This document shows positions 25,269 through 32,933 of a stretch of DNA of 35,377 nucleotides, piece after piece. The stretch's first letter is position 1. Each line of letters begins with the position of its first letter. Source of the DNA: a candidate division WOR-3 bacterium (GTDB taxonomy: Bacteria; Hydrothermota; Hydrothermia; LBFQ01; DSFT01); NCBI GenBank assembly GCA_039803045.1, contig JBDRXT010000001.1, positions 1 through 35,377 of the forward strand, written 5' to 3'. Made by a program: the position numbers and the translations under genes. The notes under the pieces were generated by a model that was not told the DNA's origin, did not search any database, and worked only from the letters and a program-made list of their open reading frames with translations.

Positions 25269-26317
25269 AAATATTAAGAGGTTCAATTTTAGCTTTTAGA
25301 ATTTACGATGTTGCAAGTGAAATAGACTTAAACAAGATTCAAATATCAAGAACAGAAATTTCGAAAAAATTTGGTAAAAGATTGATTTATCTTAGAAATC
25401 CACCTGCGGTCTTGTTCTTAGAAGAAATTTTACTTAAGAAATTAAATACTCAAGTATTTGCAAAGTTTTATGAGTTTGGAGCAATAAGTTTAATTCTTAA
25501 GATTATATTGGAAGATATTGAAGTTGAAAAATTATACGAGATTTTTAGGGAGGTTTTAGAAAGTGAAGAAATTGATGAAATTTGCAAGTTTTACTTAAAC
25601 AAGTTATTTGAAAAATACAAAATTTACTTTAAAAAACCATCTATATATGGAGATTATGAAGATTACACAATTGTTTATATTCAGGATTTTGAAAGAAAGT
25701 TAAAAAATTACGAAATTCTTGAGGAGATTGATATTGCAAGATTATTACTTGGTGAAAAATATAATCTAAGTGAGCAAACAAAAACAAATCTCCTGAGAAA
25801 TAAGTTTTCATATTCTGATGAAGATTTAGTAGTTTTAAGTTGGGATAGTGGATTTGTTTATGAACCCGATGGGATTATGGATGTTCCAGATTTAATCGAA
25901 TTTGCTAATGCACAGCTTTTGGAGTTAAGATATTATGACAGTTATCTTGATGGTGTTCTTGAAGAAACTTATAGTACAATAGAAAGCTTTAAGAGTTCAG
26001 TATTTGAATATAGAAAATACCAAAGAGTTTTAAAAAGATTACTATTTCTATATAATGAAATAACTGAAGCAAAAGAAATGATTTTGAATAGCTTAAAAAT
26101 TGTAGAAGATTCTTATTTTGCAAAGATTTATTCAAAAATGCTTGAGATTTTAGGAGCTTATAACTGGCAAAGAAGTATTGATAGTAAAGAAAGAACACTA
26201 TTTGAGATATACAACTTCTTAAGCACTCAAGTCTCAAATAGGAGATTAGAATTTCTTGAAATTGTAATAATTTTAGTAATAATTTTTGAAGCTTTGTTAT
26301 TTATAGTTATTAAGTGA
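25265..26317 (+). CDS. RMD1/DUF155-like protein with a C-terminal transmembrane helix
   Basis: 350 aa. Overall layout and the C-terminal RRLEFLEIVIILVIIFEAL helix resemble DUF155 (RMD1/YagE). ATGA overlap with topA. Confidence 0.45.
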   Translation: MKILRGSILAFRIYDVASEIDLNKIQISRTEISKKFGKRLIYLRNPPAVLFLEEILLKKLNTQVFAKFYEFGAISLILKIILEDIEVEKLYEIFREVLESEEIDEICKFYLNKLFEKYKIYFKKPSIYGDYEDYTIVYIQDFERKLKNYEILEEIDIARLLLGEKYNLSEQTKTNLLRNKFSYSDEDLVVLSWDSGFVYEPDGIMDVPDLIEFANAQLLELRYYDSYLDGVLEETYSTIESFKSSVFEYRKYQRVLKRLLFLYNEITEAKEMILNSLKIVEDSYFAKIYSKMLEILGAYNWQRSIDSKERTLFEIYNFLSTQVSNRRLEFLEIVIILVIIFEALLFIVIK

Positions 26318-27372
26318 GTTTTAATATAGCTTTAAAATTATTCAATATGTTATGGTTATTTTCAATTTTGCAAATTTCGGATACATCTGGGAATATCAAA
26401 ATAAAGGATCAGGATGTTGTTATATCCGGGAATGTAAATGGAGATGTTTCAATTGAGAATGGTTCACTTGTTATACTTGAAGAGGGAGAAGTAAAAGGCT
26501 CAGTTTCTGTATTTGGCGATAGTTGTAATATATTTGGTAAGATAAGAGGCAATCTTTCGGCAATCTCCAAAAGCATTGTTATAAAAGGTTCTATTTATGG
26601 TGATGTTTCTCTTATTGGACTTTTGGTGAAAATAAAAGAAAATGGTTACATAAATGGAAATGTTTCAATTGTTGCTGCGAACTTTGAAAATAAAGGAGAA
26701 ATTGAAGGTGAAAAGAGCATTATTTCTATAAATTCTCTTCCTTTTGTTTTACAAAACAACAAAATAAAGTTTGAGAGAAAATTAGACAAAAGAATAAGCA
26801 TATTAATTTTACTGTTATCAATTTTTGTTATAACATTCTTAATTTTTCTCTTTTCAAAAAGAAAGATAGATGAATTTTTTGAGAGATTTCGCCAAAATCC
26901 TCTAAAAACAATAATTACTGGATTAGCTATTCTTTTGATAATTATACCAATATTACCAATTGTCTTATTTCTTGTATTTGGGTTTGTTCTTTTGGCTTTT
27001 ATTCTAGCTCTTATTGTTGGTTCTATTGCTCTAATTATTACGATAATCGGAATTATAATTCTTCCTTTTTATCTTATAGCAATTTTGGTTGTTCTTCTAA
27101 TTATTATTTTTCTTACACTTCTTGCAATTCCTATTTATGTAATTATTGCTCTATTATTAATTGCAATTGGCCTTACTTATGGAATTGTTATAATTGGAAA
27201 ACTAATTGCAAAGAATGATTATTTAGCTTACGCTTTTGGCTTTTTTATCCTTGCAGTCTTAACTACTTTAAGCTATATTTTTCCATATATTAGTCCAATA
27301 TACTTTGTATTTTTAACACTTCTCGTAATAATGGGTCTTGGTTTAATTAAGAATAAAAAATTTAGTCTTTAA
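26314..27372 (+). CDS. bactofilin-like beta-helix domain fused to a polytopic I/L-rich membrane domain
   Basis: N-terminal repeats (ISGNVNGDVSIENGS, VKGSVSVFGDS, IFGKIRGNLSA, IKGSIYGDVSL, INGNVSIVAAN) followed by ~6 very hydrophobic helices. GTG start in a GTGA overlap. Alternative ATG at 26347 has a promoter-like motif upstream. Confidence 0.6.
   Translation: MSFNIALKLFNMLWLFSILQISDTSGNIKIKDQDVVISGNVNGDVSIENGSLVILEEGEVKGSVSVFGDSCNIFGKIRGNLSAISKSIVIKGSIYGDVSLIGLLVKIKENGYINGNVSIVAANFENKGEIEGEKSIISINSLPFVLQNNKIKFERKLDKRISILILLLSIFVITFLIFLFSKRKIDEFFERFRQNPLKTIITGLAILLIIIPILPIVLFLVFGFVLLAFILALIVGSIALIITIIGIIILPFYLIAILVVLLIIIFLTLLAIPIYVIIALLLIAIGLTYGIVIIGKLIAKNDYLAYAFGFFILAVLTTLSYIFPYISPIYFVFLTLLVIMGLGLIKNKKFSL
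26330..26340 (+). promoter_or_regulatory. one-mismatch motif CTTTAAAATTA, 6 nt before the internal ATG 26347
   Basis: Lies inside the 5' end of ORF 26314. Could mark an alternative leaderless start for the bactofilin-membrane gene. Confidence 0.3.
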
Positions 27373-27378
27373 AATTTT
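27367..27378 (+). promoter_or_regulatory. promoter-like motif CTTTAAAATTTT, 6 nt before the sppA ATG (27385)
   Basis: Perfect 12-mer filling the 12-nt intergenic gap and overlapping the upstream stop codon. Confidence 0.55.
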
Positions 27379-27384
27379 CAAAAT

Positions 27385-29475
27385 ATGCTTGAAATTTTAA
27401 TAAATTTTTATTTTTCAAGAAGTGTATCTGCTGTTGGAGGATCACAAAGTATATTTTCAAATCCTGCTGGGCTTTCAAGTTATTATTCTTCATTTCTACT
27501 TTCATATAATTTAAAAAATAATTCTTGGATTTACGGTTTGAACTTAGGGGGAATTGGTATATTTAAAGATAACTTTAGCACAATATTTGCTATATCCACA
27601 TCAATTAGGGGATTTTCCTTAGGGGTTTCCTATAATGACAATTTGAAAGTTTTGAATCCAGGTATACTCTATAGACCATTTAGATTCTTGTCACTTGGGT
27701 ATTATAAGGATATTTACTCAGTAACATTAAGACCATTTTCAAAAAGTATTTTAGAAATTTCGTTTGATGCATATTATAAAGATACATTCAAACTAAATTT
27801 GATAAGTGCTGGACTTAATTTAAAAAGTGTGCTAATTTATACAAATTACAACTTGATTAATAGAAATTATATGATTGGCATAAATCTTGCTTTTGAAAAT
27901 GTTTTATTAGGAGCAAGAAGTGATAGCAATTTCATTTTTGAAATAACACTTGATAAGCTACCAGGCCAAATAAAGAGAAAATATTACTCAGAAATTAATG
28001 TTTTAGAATACAGTGAAGATAAAGTAGATAAACTTCCTGGTTTTGAATTTATTAAAATTGGAAAATATTCTGAAAACTTTTATGAATTTATTTCAAACTT
28101 AGAGAAAAGTCTTAAAAGTGAAGATGTAAAGGGTATTATTTTGAAATTATCAAATGCAAGATTAAGTTTAAGTCAGATTGAAGAAATTAGAAATTTGATA
28201 AAGAATTCAAATAAGGAAATTATTTGCTATGCTGACGAATATAATTACAAGAACTATTACTTAGCAACTGCTTGTAAAAAAATTGTTATAAATCCGAATG
28301 GTTCAATATATTTATCAGGTCTTTATATGAAGAGAGAGTATTATAAAGAACTTCTTGATAGTTTAGGAATTGTTGTTCAATTTGAGCACTTTGAAGAGTA
28401 TAAGAGTGCTATAGAACCATTTACAAGAACTAATGCAAGTCAATACGATAGAGAGCAAAGAGAGAGAATATTGAAAGTAATGTATGAAAAAATAAAGCAA
28501 GATATTTTAAGTTCAAGAAAAATTGAAAATTTAGATAGTTTGTTTAATTTTGGAATATGGATAAATCCAGAAGATGCTAAAAAACTAAATCTTATAGATG
28601 ATATCCAATACGAGAATGAATTGCTTAAAAAGTATAGAATTTCAAAATTAAAAAACTATGCTTCATATGAGTGGGAGGATCAATTTAAGCAAAAGATAGC
28701 ACTTTTATTTGTAGAAGGTCCCATTATTGACAAGGACTTATATAATGTATTTGACAATAGTACAACTATAGGTAAAAATTTTGCAAGATTACTTGAAAAG
28801 CTAGAAAAAGACAACTCAGTAAAAGCAGTAATCATTAGGATTAATAGTCCAGGGGGATCTGCATTTATGAGTGATATAATATCAAATGAAATAAAGAAGT
28901 TATCAAAGAAAAAGCTTGTAATTATTTCTATGGCTAATGTTGCTGCAAGTGGTGGATATTATATAAGTGCATATGCAAATAAAATTTTTGCAAATAACTT
29001 AACAATAACTGGTTCAATTGGTATTCTTGGAGGATATTTAGCAACAGATGGATTTTTTAAAAAGAAGCTTTATATTAATTATGATAGATTTAAAATATTT
29101 GAACATTCGGATATCTTTAGTGGGAGAGTTTTAGACAGTTTTGAAATATCTAAATTGAGGGAGGAACTAAAATACGGCTATGAGAAGTTTTTAAAAGTAG
29201 TTTCAGAAGGAAGAAATATTGAAGTTGATTCTTTGAGAAAAATAGCAAAAGGAAGAGTTTGGATTGGTTCAGATGCTAAGAATATAGGTCTTGTTGATAG
29301 TATTGGAGGAGTATTAGATGCTGTAAATTATGCTAAATCGAAATTTAAGAAAGCAGATATTGTAATTTATACGAGAAAATTTGATTACGATTATAACTTT
29401 TTACCAATTGGAATATTAATGAGAATGTTCAAGGATAGGATTTTATATTATGATAACATAGACGAAATTGAATGA
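27385..29475 (+). CDS. sppA: signal peptide peptidase SppA (67K type, two S49 domains) with an extra ~200-aa N-terminal beta-rich module
   Basis: VKAVIIRINSPGGSAF and ASGGYYISAYANKIFANNLTITGSIGI (S49 Ser/Lys region), plus an upstream degenerate S49 copy. N-terminal module carries SIFSNPAGL. Confidence 0.85.
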   Translation: MLEILINFYFSRSVSAVGGSQSIFSNPAGLSSYYSSFLLSYNLKNNSWIYGLNLGGIGIFKDNFSTIFAISTSIRGFSLGVSYNDNLKVLNPGILYRPFRFLSLGYYKDIYSVTLRPFSKSILEISFDAYYKDTFKLNLISAGLNLKSVLIYTNYNLINRNYMIGINLAFENVLLGARSDSNFIFEITLDKLPGQIKRKYYSEINVLEYSEDKVDKLPGFEFIKIGKYSENFYEFISNLEKSLKSEDVKGIILKLSNARLSLSQIEEIRNLIKNSNKEIICYADEYNYKNYYLATACKKIVINPNGSIYLSGLYMKREYYKELLDSLGIVVQFEHFEEYKSAIEPFTRTNASQYDREQRERILKVMYEKIKQDILSSRKIENLDSLFNFGIWINPEDAKKLNLIDDIQYENELLKKYRISKLKNYASYEWEDQFKQKIALLFVEGPIIDKDLYNVFDNSTTIGKNFARLLEKLEKDNSVKAVIIRINSPGGSAFMSDIISNEIKKLSKKKLVIISMANVAASGGYYISAYANKIFANNLTITGSIGILGGYLATDGFFKKKLYINYDRFKIFEHSDIFSGRVLDSFEISKLREELKYGYEKFLKVVSEGRNIEVDSLRKIAKGRVWIGSDAKNIGLVDSIGGVLDAVNYAKSKFKKADIVIYTRKFDYDYNFLPIGILMRMFKDRILYYDNIDEIE

Positions 29476-30068
29476 AATTATACGTAATAACTGATGAGTT
29501 TTTGATTAGGGATGAAGAACTTGAAATAAGTGTTGAAAAAGCTATTGAAGGTGGGGCTAAAATTGTTCAATTGAGAGATAAGTTTTTACCTTTTGATAAA
29601 AAATTAGAAAGAGCAAAAAGATTAAAAAAAGTCACAAAGAAATATAAAGTACCTCTTATTATAAATGATGATGTAGTATTGGCAAAAGAAGTAAATGCTG
29701 ATGGAGTTCATCTTGGGGAAGATGAGGATTATTACTTTCAATTTGCAAGAGAAATGTTAGGAAATAAAATTATTGGTGTTTCCTGTTATGGAGATTTAGA
29801 GAGAGCAATTAAATTTGAGCGTATGGGGGCAAGTTATGTTGCATTTGGCTCAGTATTTTCTTCAAAAACAAAAAGAAGGGAAGTTTTAAAAACTTTAAAG
29901 ATTTTTCAATGGGCTAAAAGCTTATTGAGAGTTCCTATTGTAGCAATTGGTGGTATAAATCATAATAATTATAAAATATTATTAGAATTTGGAGTTGATA
30001 TAATTGCGGTAATCTCTGCAATATTTGAGGGCAATCCGTACTTAAACGCAAAAAGATTTAATCAATAA
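29472..30068 (+). CDS. thiE: thiamine-phosphate synthase
   Basis: 198 aa. LYVITD, IVQLRDK, INDDVVLAKEVNADGVHLGEDE and VAIGGI motifs. ATGA overlap with sppA. Confidence 0.88.
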   Translation: MKLYVITDEFLIRDEELEISVEKAIEGGAKIVQLRDKFLPFDKKLERAKRLKKVTKKYKVPLIINDDVVLAKEVNADGVHLGEDEDYYFQFAREMLGNKIIGVSCYGDLERAIKFERMGASYVAFGSVFSSKTKRREVLKTLKIFQWAKSLLRVPIVAIGGINHNNYKILLEFGVDIIAVISAIFEGNPYLNAKRFNQ

Positions 30069-30069
30069 A

Positions 30070-30080
30070 CTTTAAAATTT
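30070..30080 (+). promoter_or_regulatory. orphan motif copy CTTTAAAATTT right after the thiE stop, with no credible downstream plus-strand gene for 280 nt
   Basis: 11-mer followed by TTTGAACAG. It would drive a transcript antisense to the decayed zinc-ribbon gene. Confidence 0.35.
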
Positions 30081-30097
30081 TTTGAACAGATTAAATA

Positions 30098-30309
30098 TTA
30101 ATCAAAAATGTCAAATATATCTGTCCACTTCTTTTTCTTCTTCTTGTAATATTCATTATCATAATATCCAAATCTTTTATAATCTTCTTCCCAATCCCTT
30201 TCAACTTCTCTTATTCTTTGAACTATTTTTTCAAACTCACCTCTATCAAGCCATATACCATTACATTAATTTCATTCATGAATACATTACACACTGGGCA
30301 TCTTTTCAT
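30098..30309 (-). pseudogene. disrupted small zinc-ribbon gene (zf-TFIIB/PF13453-like)
   Basis: Minus strand reads MKRCPVCNVFMNEIN..., stopping after 28 codons. A second frame continues CNGIWLDRGEFEKIVQRIREVERDWEEDYKRFGYYDNEYYKKKKKKWTDIFDIFD*. The family pattern CPxC...CxxCxGxWLDxGE is broken near 30264-30270, losing one Cys and shifting the frame. Confidence 0.55.
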
Positions 30310-30315
30310 ATCCTG

Positions 30316-30327
30316 AAAATTTTAAAG
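30316..30327 (-). promoter_or_regulatory. promoter-like motif CTTTAAAATTTT, 6 nt before the ATG (30309) of the zinc-ribbon pseudogene
   Basis: Perfect 12-mer on the minus strand. Confidence 0.5.
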
Positions 30328-30340
30328 TAAAGAGCAAAAC

Positions 30341-30351
30341 CTTTAAAATTT
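30341..30351 (+). promoter_or_regulatory. promoter-like motif CTTTAAAATTT, 5 nt before ATG 30357 (LVIVD protein)
   Basis: 11-mer; 7 nt from TAAAAT to the ATG. Confidence 0.6.
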
Positions 30352-30356
30352 AAACT

Positions 30357-31334
30357 ATGCTATTTTTCCTAGTCTCTCAAAATACAGATAGTTTAAGATT
30401 TGGGGATAGTTTGAACTTAAATATTATATCTAGATGGAAATCAAGTAAACCTATTGTTGGAATTGAAGTAAAAAATAATTACGCTTACTTAAGCTCCTTA
30501 AAGAGTATATACATAATTGATTTTTCGGATGTTAAACAACTTGGTATTGCCCCTGAAATTAAATTAGATTGCATGCCAATTGGTCTTAAAGTAAAAGAAA
30601 ATTATTTATACGTGGCATGTGGAAGAGGAGGACTTGTAATTATAGATATTACAGATCCTTATACTGCACAAATTGTTTCACAAACTCCATCAAGAGATTC
30701 TGCCTTATATTTGGATATTAAAGGTAATTACTTATTTATGGCAGATGCTCAATCTGGTATAACAGTTTTTAATATCTCAAATCCAAAACAACCTCAAATT
30801 GTATCTCATTTTAAAACACCTGGTTTTTCAAGGGGGGTACATGTGGTTGGAAATTATGCATATGTAGCAGATGGACCTGGAGGACTTGTAATATTAGACA
30901 TCTCAAATGTAAATAACATAAGATTAGTAGGTTCATATTCTCTTGGAGATACAACATTTGCAGTTGCTGTAAAATACTATAACAACAGAGCATACGTAGG
31001 TTTTGCAAAATATGGATTATATGTTTTTGATGTTAGTAATCCAAAAGATATAAAACCAATCATAAGATATATTGGAATTGGAGAAGCTCTTGGATTATAT
31101 TTGAGAGGAAATTATTTATATTTAGCTTCAGGTAAAGGTGGTGTAAGAATTTTTGACTTAGATAGAGTGGAGAGTGAATTTAAGCTTGGAAGAAAAACAA
31201 TTGTTGAAGGAGAAGTTGCTCGTTATAGAGCTCCCGAATATATGGGAGATGTTTTGTTTGATATTGTTGTTTATGATAAATATTTACTTTCTGCTTCGAG
31301 GAATGGTTTAATAATTTATGCTAACTCATATTGA
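30357..31334 (+). CDS. LVIVD-repeat beta-propeller protein
   Basis: Repeated GGLVIIDITDP, GITVFNISNPKQP, GGLVILDISNVNN, GLYVFDVSNPKD and GGVRIFDL units. Confidence 0.75.
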   Translation: MLFFLVSQNTDSLRFGDSLNLNIISRWKSSKPIVGIEVKNNYAYLSSLKSIYIIDFSDVKQLGIAPEIKLDCMPIGLKVKENYLYVACGRGGLVIIDITDPYTAQIVSQTPSRDSALYLDIKGNYLFMADAQSGITVFNISNPKQPQIVSHFKTPGFSRGVHVVGNYAYVADGPGGLVILDISNVNNIRLVGSYSLGDTTFAVAVKYYNNRAYVGFAKYGLYVFDVSNPKDIKPIIRYIGIGEALGLYLRGNYLYLASGKGGVRIFDLDRVESEFKLGRKTIVEGEVARYRAPEYMGDVLFDIVVYDKYLLSASRNGLIIYANSY

Positions 31335-32247
31335 ATTTTTGAAAAACTTTAAAGAATATGAAAACAAAAACATTTTTATACTATTGGGTCCAGAAGATTA
31401 TCCATTAAAATCAATTTTGGAAAAGTTTGTAAATTATGAGAAAAAAATTTTTTTTGGAGATGAAACAACAATAGATGAAATTTTAAGTTTTCTAAAATCA
31501 ACACAAATTTTTGATTCAAAGATTAAGCTTGTAATCTTAAGGGATTTTGAAAAGATGAAAAATTGGAAATTGCTCTTGAAAGAAAATATTAACAAAATTA
31601 TTTTATATTCAAGCTTAGATATATTTGAAAATAATCCAAAAAAACTTGAGAATGAAGCTAAAGAATTTATAAGAAAGAATATTTCAAATCCCCAAAACTA
31701 CGTAATCGTATTGATGAGATATTTAAATTTAGATGAAAAGAGAAAATGGCTTAGGCAAAAACTTAATAAGTTAAAATTAAATTTGAATGCTGAACAATTT
31801 GAAATTTTGTTTCAATCACTTCCTCCAGACTTAAGGGGTTCTAGTAATGAGATTGAAAAAATTTATTTAAGTGGATTAGAGAATTTTGAATTTATCATTA
31901 CAAGAAATGAAAATTCAGATATTTATGAATTTTTAAATTACTTGCAAAGTGGCAATTTAATTTCATCAATTAAACTCATTGAAAACACAAAGAAATATAT
32001 TGAAACAAACTCATACATTTTAAGAGTATTGTTAAACTTGCTATATTCTAATCTCAATTTAGATAAATATATCAAACCATCGTTTATGGCAAAGAAGTTT
32101 AATAAAATTTCTCAAAATTTTGAAAATTCAGATATTTTGGACTTAATTTTTCTATCGCTTAAAACTGACAAGGCTTATAAAACATTTCATAAACAAAATT
32201 TAGCTATACTGAAGTTATTATATTATATATTTCAGAAGGTTCATTAA
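31318..32247 (+). CDS. possible DNA polymerase III delta subunit (HolA-like)
   Basis: 309 aa. N-terminal IFILLGPEDYPL...FFGDE...IFDSKIKLVIL resembles the HolA N-domain pattern. Weak call. Confidence 0.45.
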   Translation: MLTHIEFLKNFKEYENKNIFILLGPEDYPLKSILEKFVNYEKKIFFGDETTIDEILSFLKSTQIFDSKIKLVILRDFEKMKNWKLLLKENINKIILYSSLDIFENNPKKLENEAKEFIRKNISNPQNYVIVLMRYLNLDEKRKWLRQKLNKLKLNLNAEQFEILFQSLPPDLRGSSNEIEKIYLSGLENFEFIITRNENSDIYEFLNYLQSGNLISSIKLIENTKKYIETNSYILRVLLNLLYSNLNLDKYIKPSFMAKKFNKISQNFENSDILDLIFLSLKTDKAYKTFHKQNLAILKLLYYIFQKVH

Positions 32248-32827
32248 CTGTAAAGTCAGCATTACAATTTTCACCAAATCCCCAATTTACGAATATACTT
32301 TTAACATTAGAAATTCTTGCACTTTCAACATCATAACAACTATCACCAATAATATAAACTTTCTCCCTATTTATCTTATATTTTTCAATTAAATAATCAA
32401 TCGGCTTTTTATCCGGCTTTTTAAATCCATCGTCAATCGTTATAATTTCATCAAAAAGATTATAAATATCAAATCTTCTTAAAATTTCAATTATGAAGAA
32501 CTTAGACTTATTGCTATAAATAGCAATTTTAACATTTAACTCCTCTTTAATTTTTCTTAAAGTTTCAATTACGTTTGTATAAGCTACAAGTCCCTCAAAC
32601 ATATAATTTCTATAAATATCATTAAACTCATCAATTAATTTGGCTTGGAAATCTTCCTTAAAAATTTCCCTTAAAGTGGCTTCGATACCTCCTCCAACAG
32701 ATTTTTTTACTTGCTCCCTTGTTAGAAGTTCTTTATTTTGTTTTTTTAATAGTTCATTTATTGCTAAGGTAAGACCAAGAGAAGTATCGAATAATGTTCC
32801 ATCAAAATCAAATATTAATAGTTTCAT
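32204..32827 (-). CDS. HAD-superfamily hydrolase (phosphoglycolate phosphatase/PpaX-like)
   Basis: MKLLIFDFDGTLFDT (motif I), SNK (motif II region) and IGDSCYDVESA (motif III). Start at ATG 32827, 1 nt after the tRNA-Leu 3' end. Confidence 0.8.
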   Translation of the reverse strand: MKLLIFDFDGTLFDTSLGLTLAINELLKKQNKELLTREQVKKSVGGGIEATLREIFKEDFQAKLIDEFNDIYRNYMFEGLVAYTNVIETLRKIKEELNVKIAIYSNKSKFFIIEILRRFDIYNLFDEIITIDDGFKKPDKKPIDYLIEKYKINREKVYIIGDSCYDVESARISNVKSIFVNWGFGENCNADFTVNEPSEIYNIITSV

Positions 32828-32828
32828 A

Positions 32829-32912
32829 TGCGGGAGGTGGGACTTGAACCCACACCCTTCTTCAGGACCAGATCCTAAATCTGGCGCGTCTGCCAAGTTC
32901 CGCCACTCCCGC
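32829..32912 (-). tRNA. tRNA-Leu (anticodon TAG)
   Basis: Hand-folded: acceptor GCGGGAG/CTCCCGC, anticodon stem CCAGA/TCTGG with loop TTTAGGA, long variable arm, T arm GTGGG-TTCAAGT-CCCAC, discriminator A. No encoded CCA. Confidence 0.93.
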
Positions 32913-32918
32913 AAGCCT

Positions 32919-32930
32919 AAAATTTTAAAG
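32919..32930 (-). promoter_or_regulatory. promoter-like motif CTTTAAAATTTT, 6 nt before tRNA-Leu nucleotide 1 (32912)
   Basis: Perfect 12-mer on the minus strand, directly after the M32 gene stop. Same spacing as at protein-gene start codons. Confidence 0.6.
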
Positions 32931-32933
32931 CTA

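Noticed and set aside
30082-30330. 82-aa plus-strand ORF (TTG start) between thiE and the LVIVD gene
   Set aside because: Low-complexity F/L/S/H/Y/I-rich translation, typical of the antisense strand of a K/E-rich gene. The minus strand carries a recognisable (though broken) zinc-ribbon gene. An orphan promoter motif precedes it, so a noncoding transcript remains possible.
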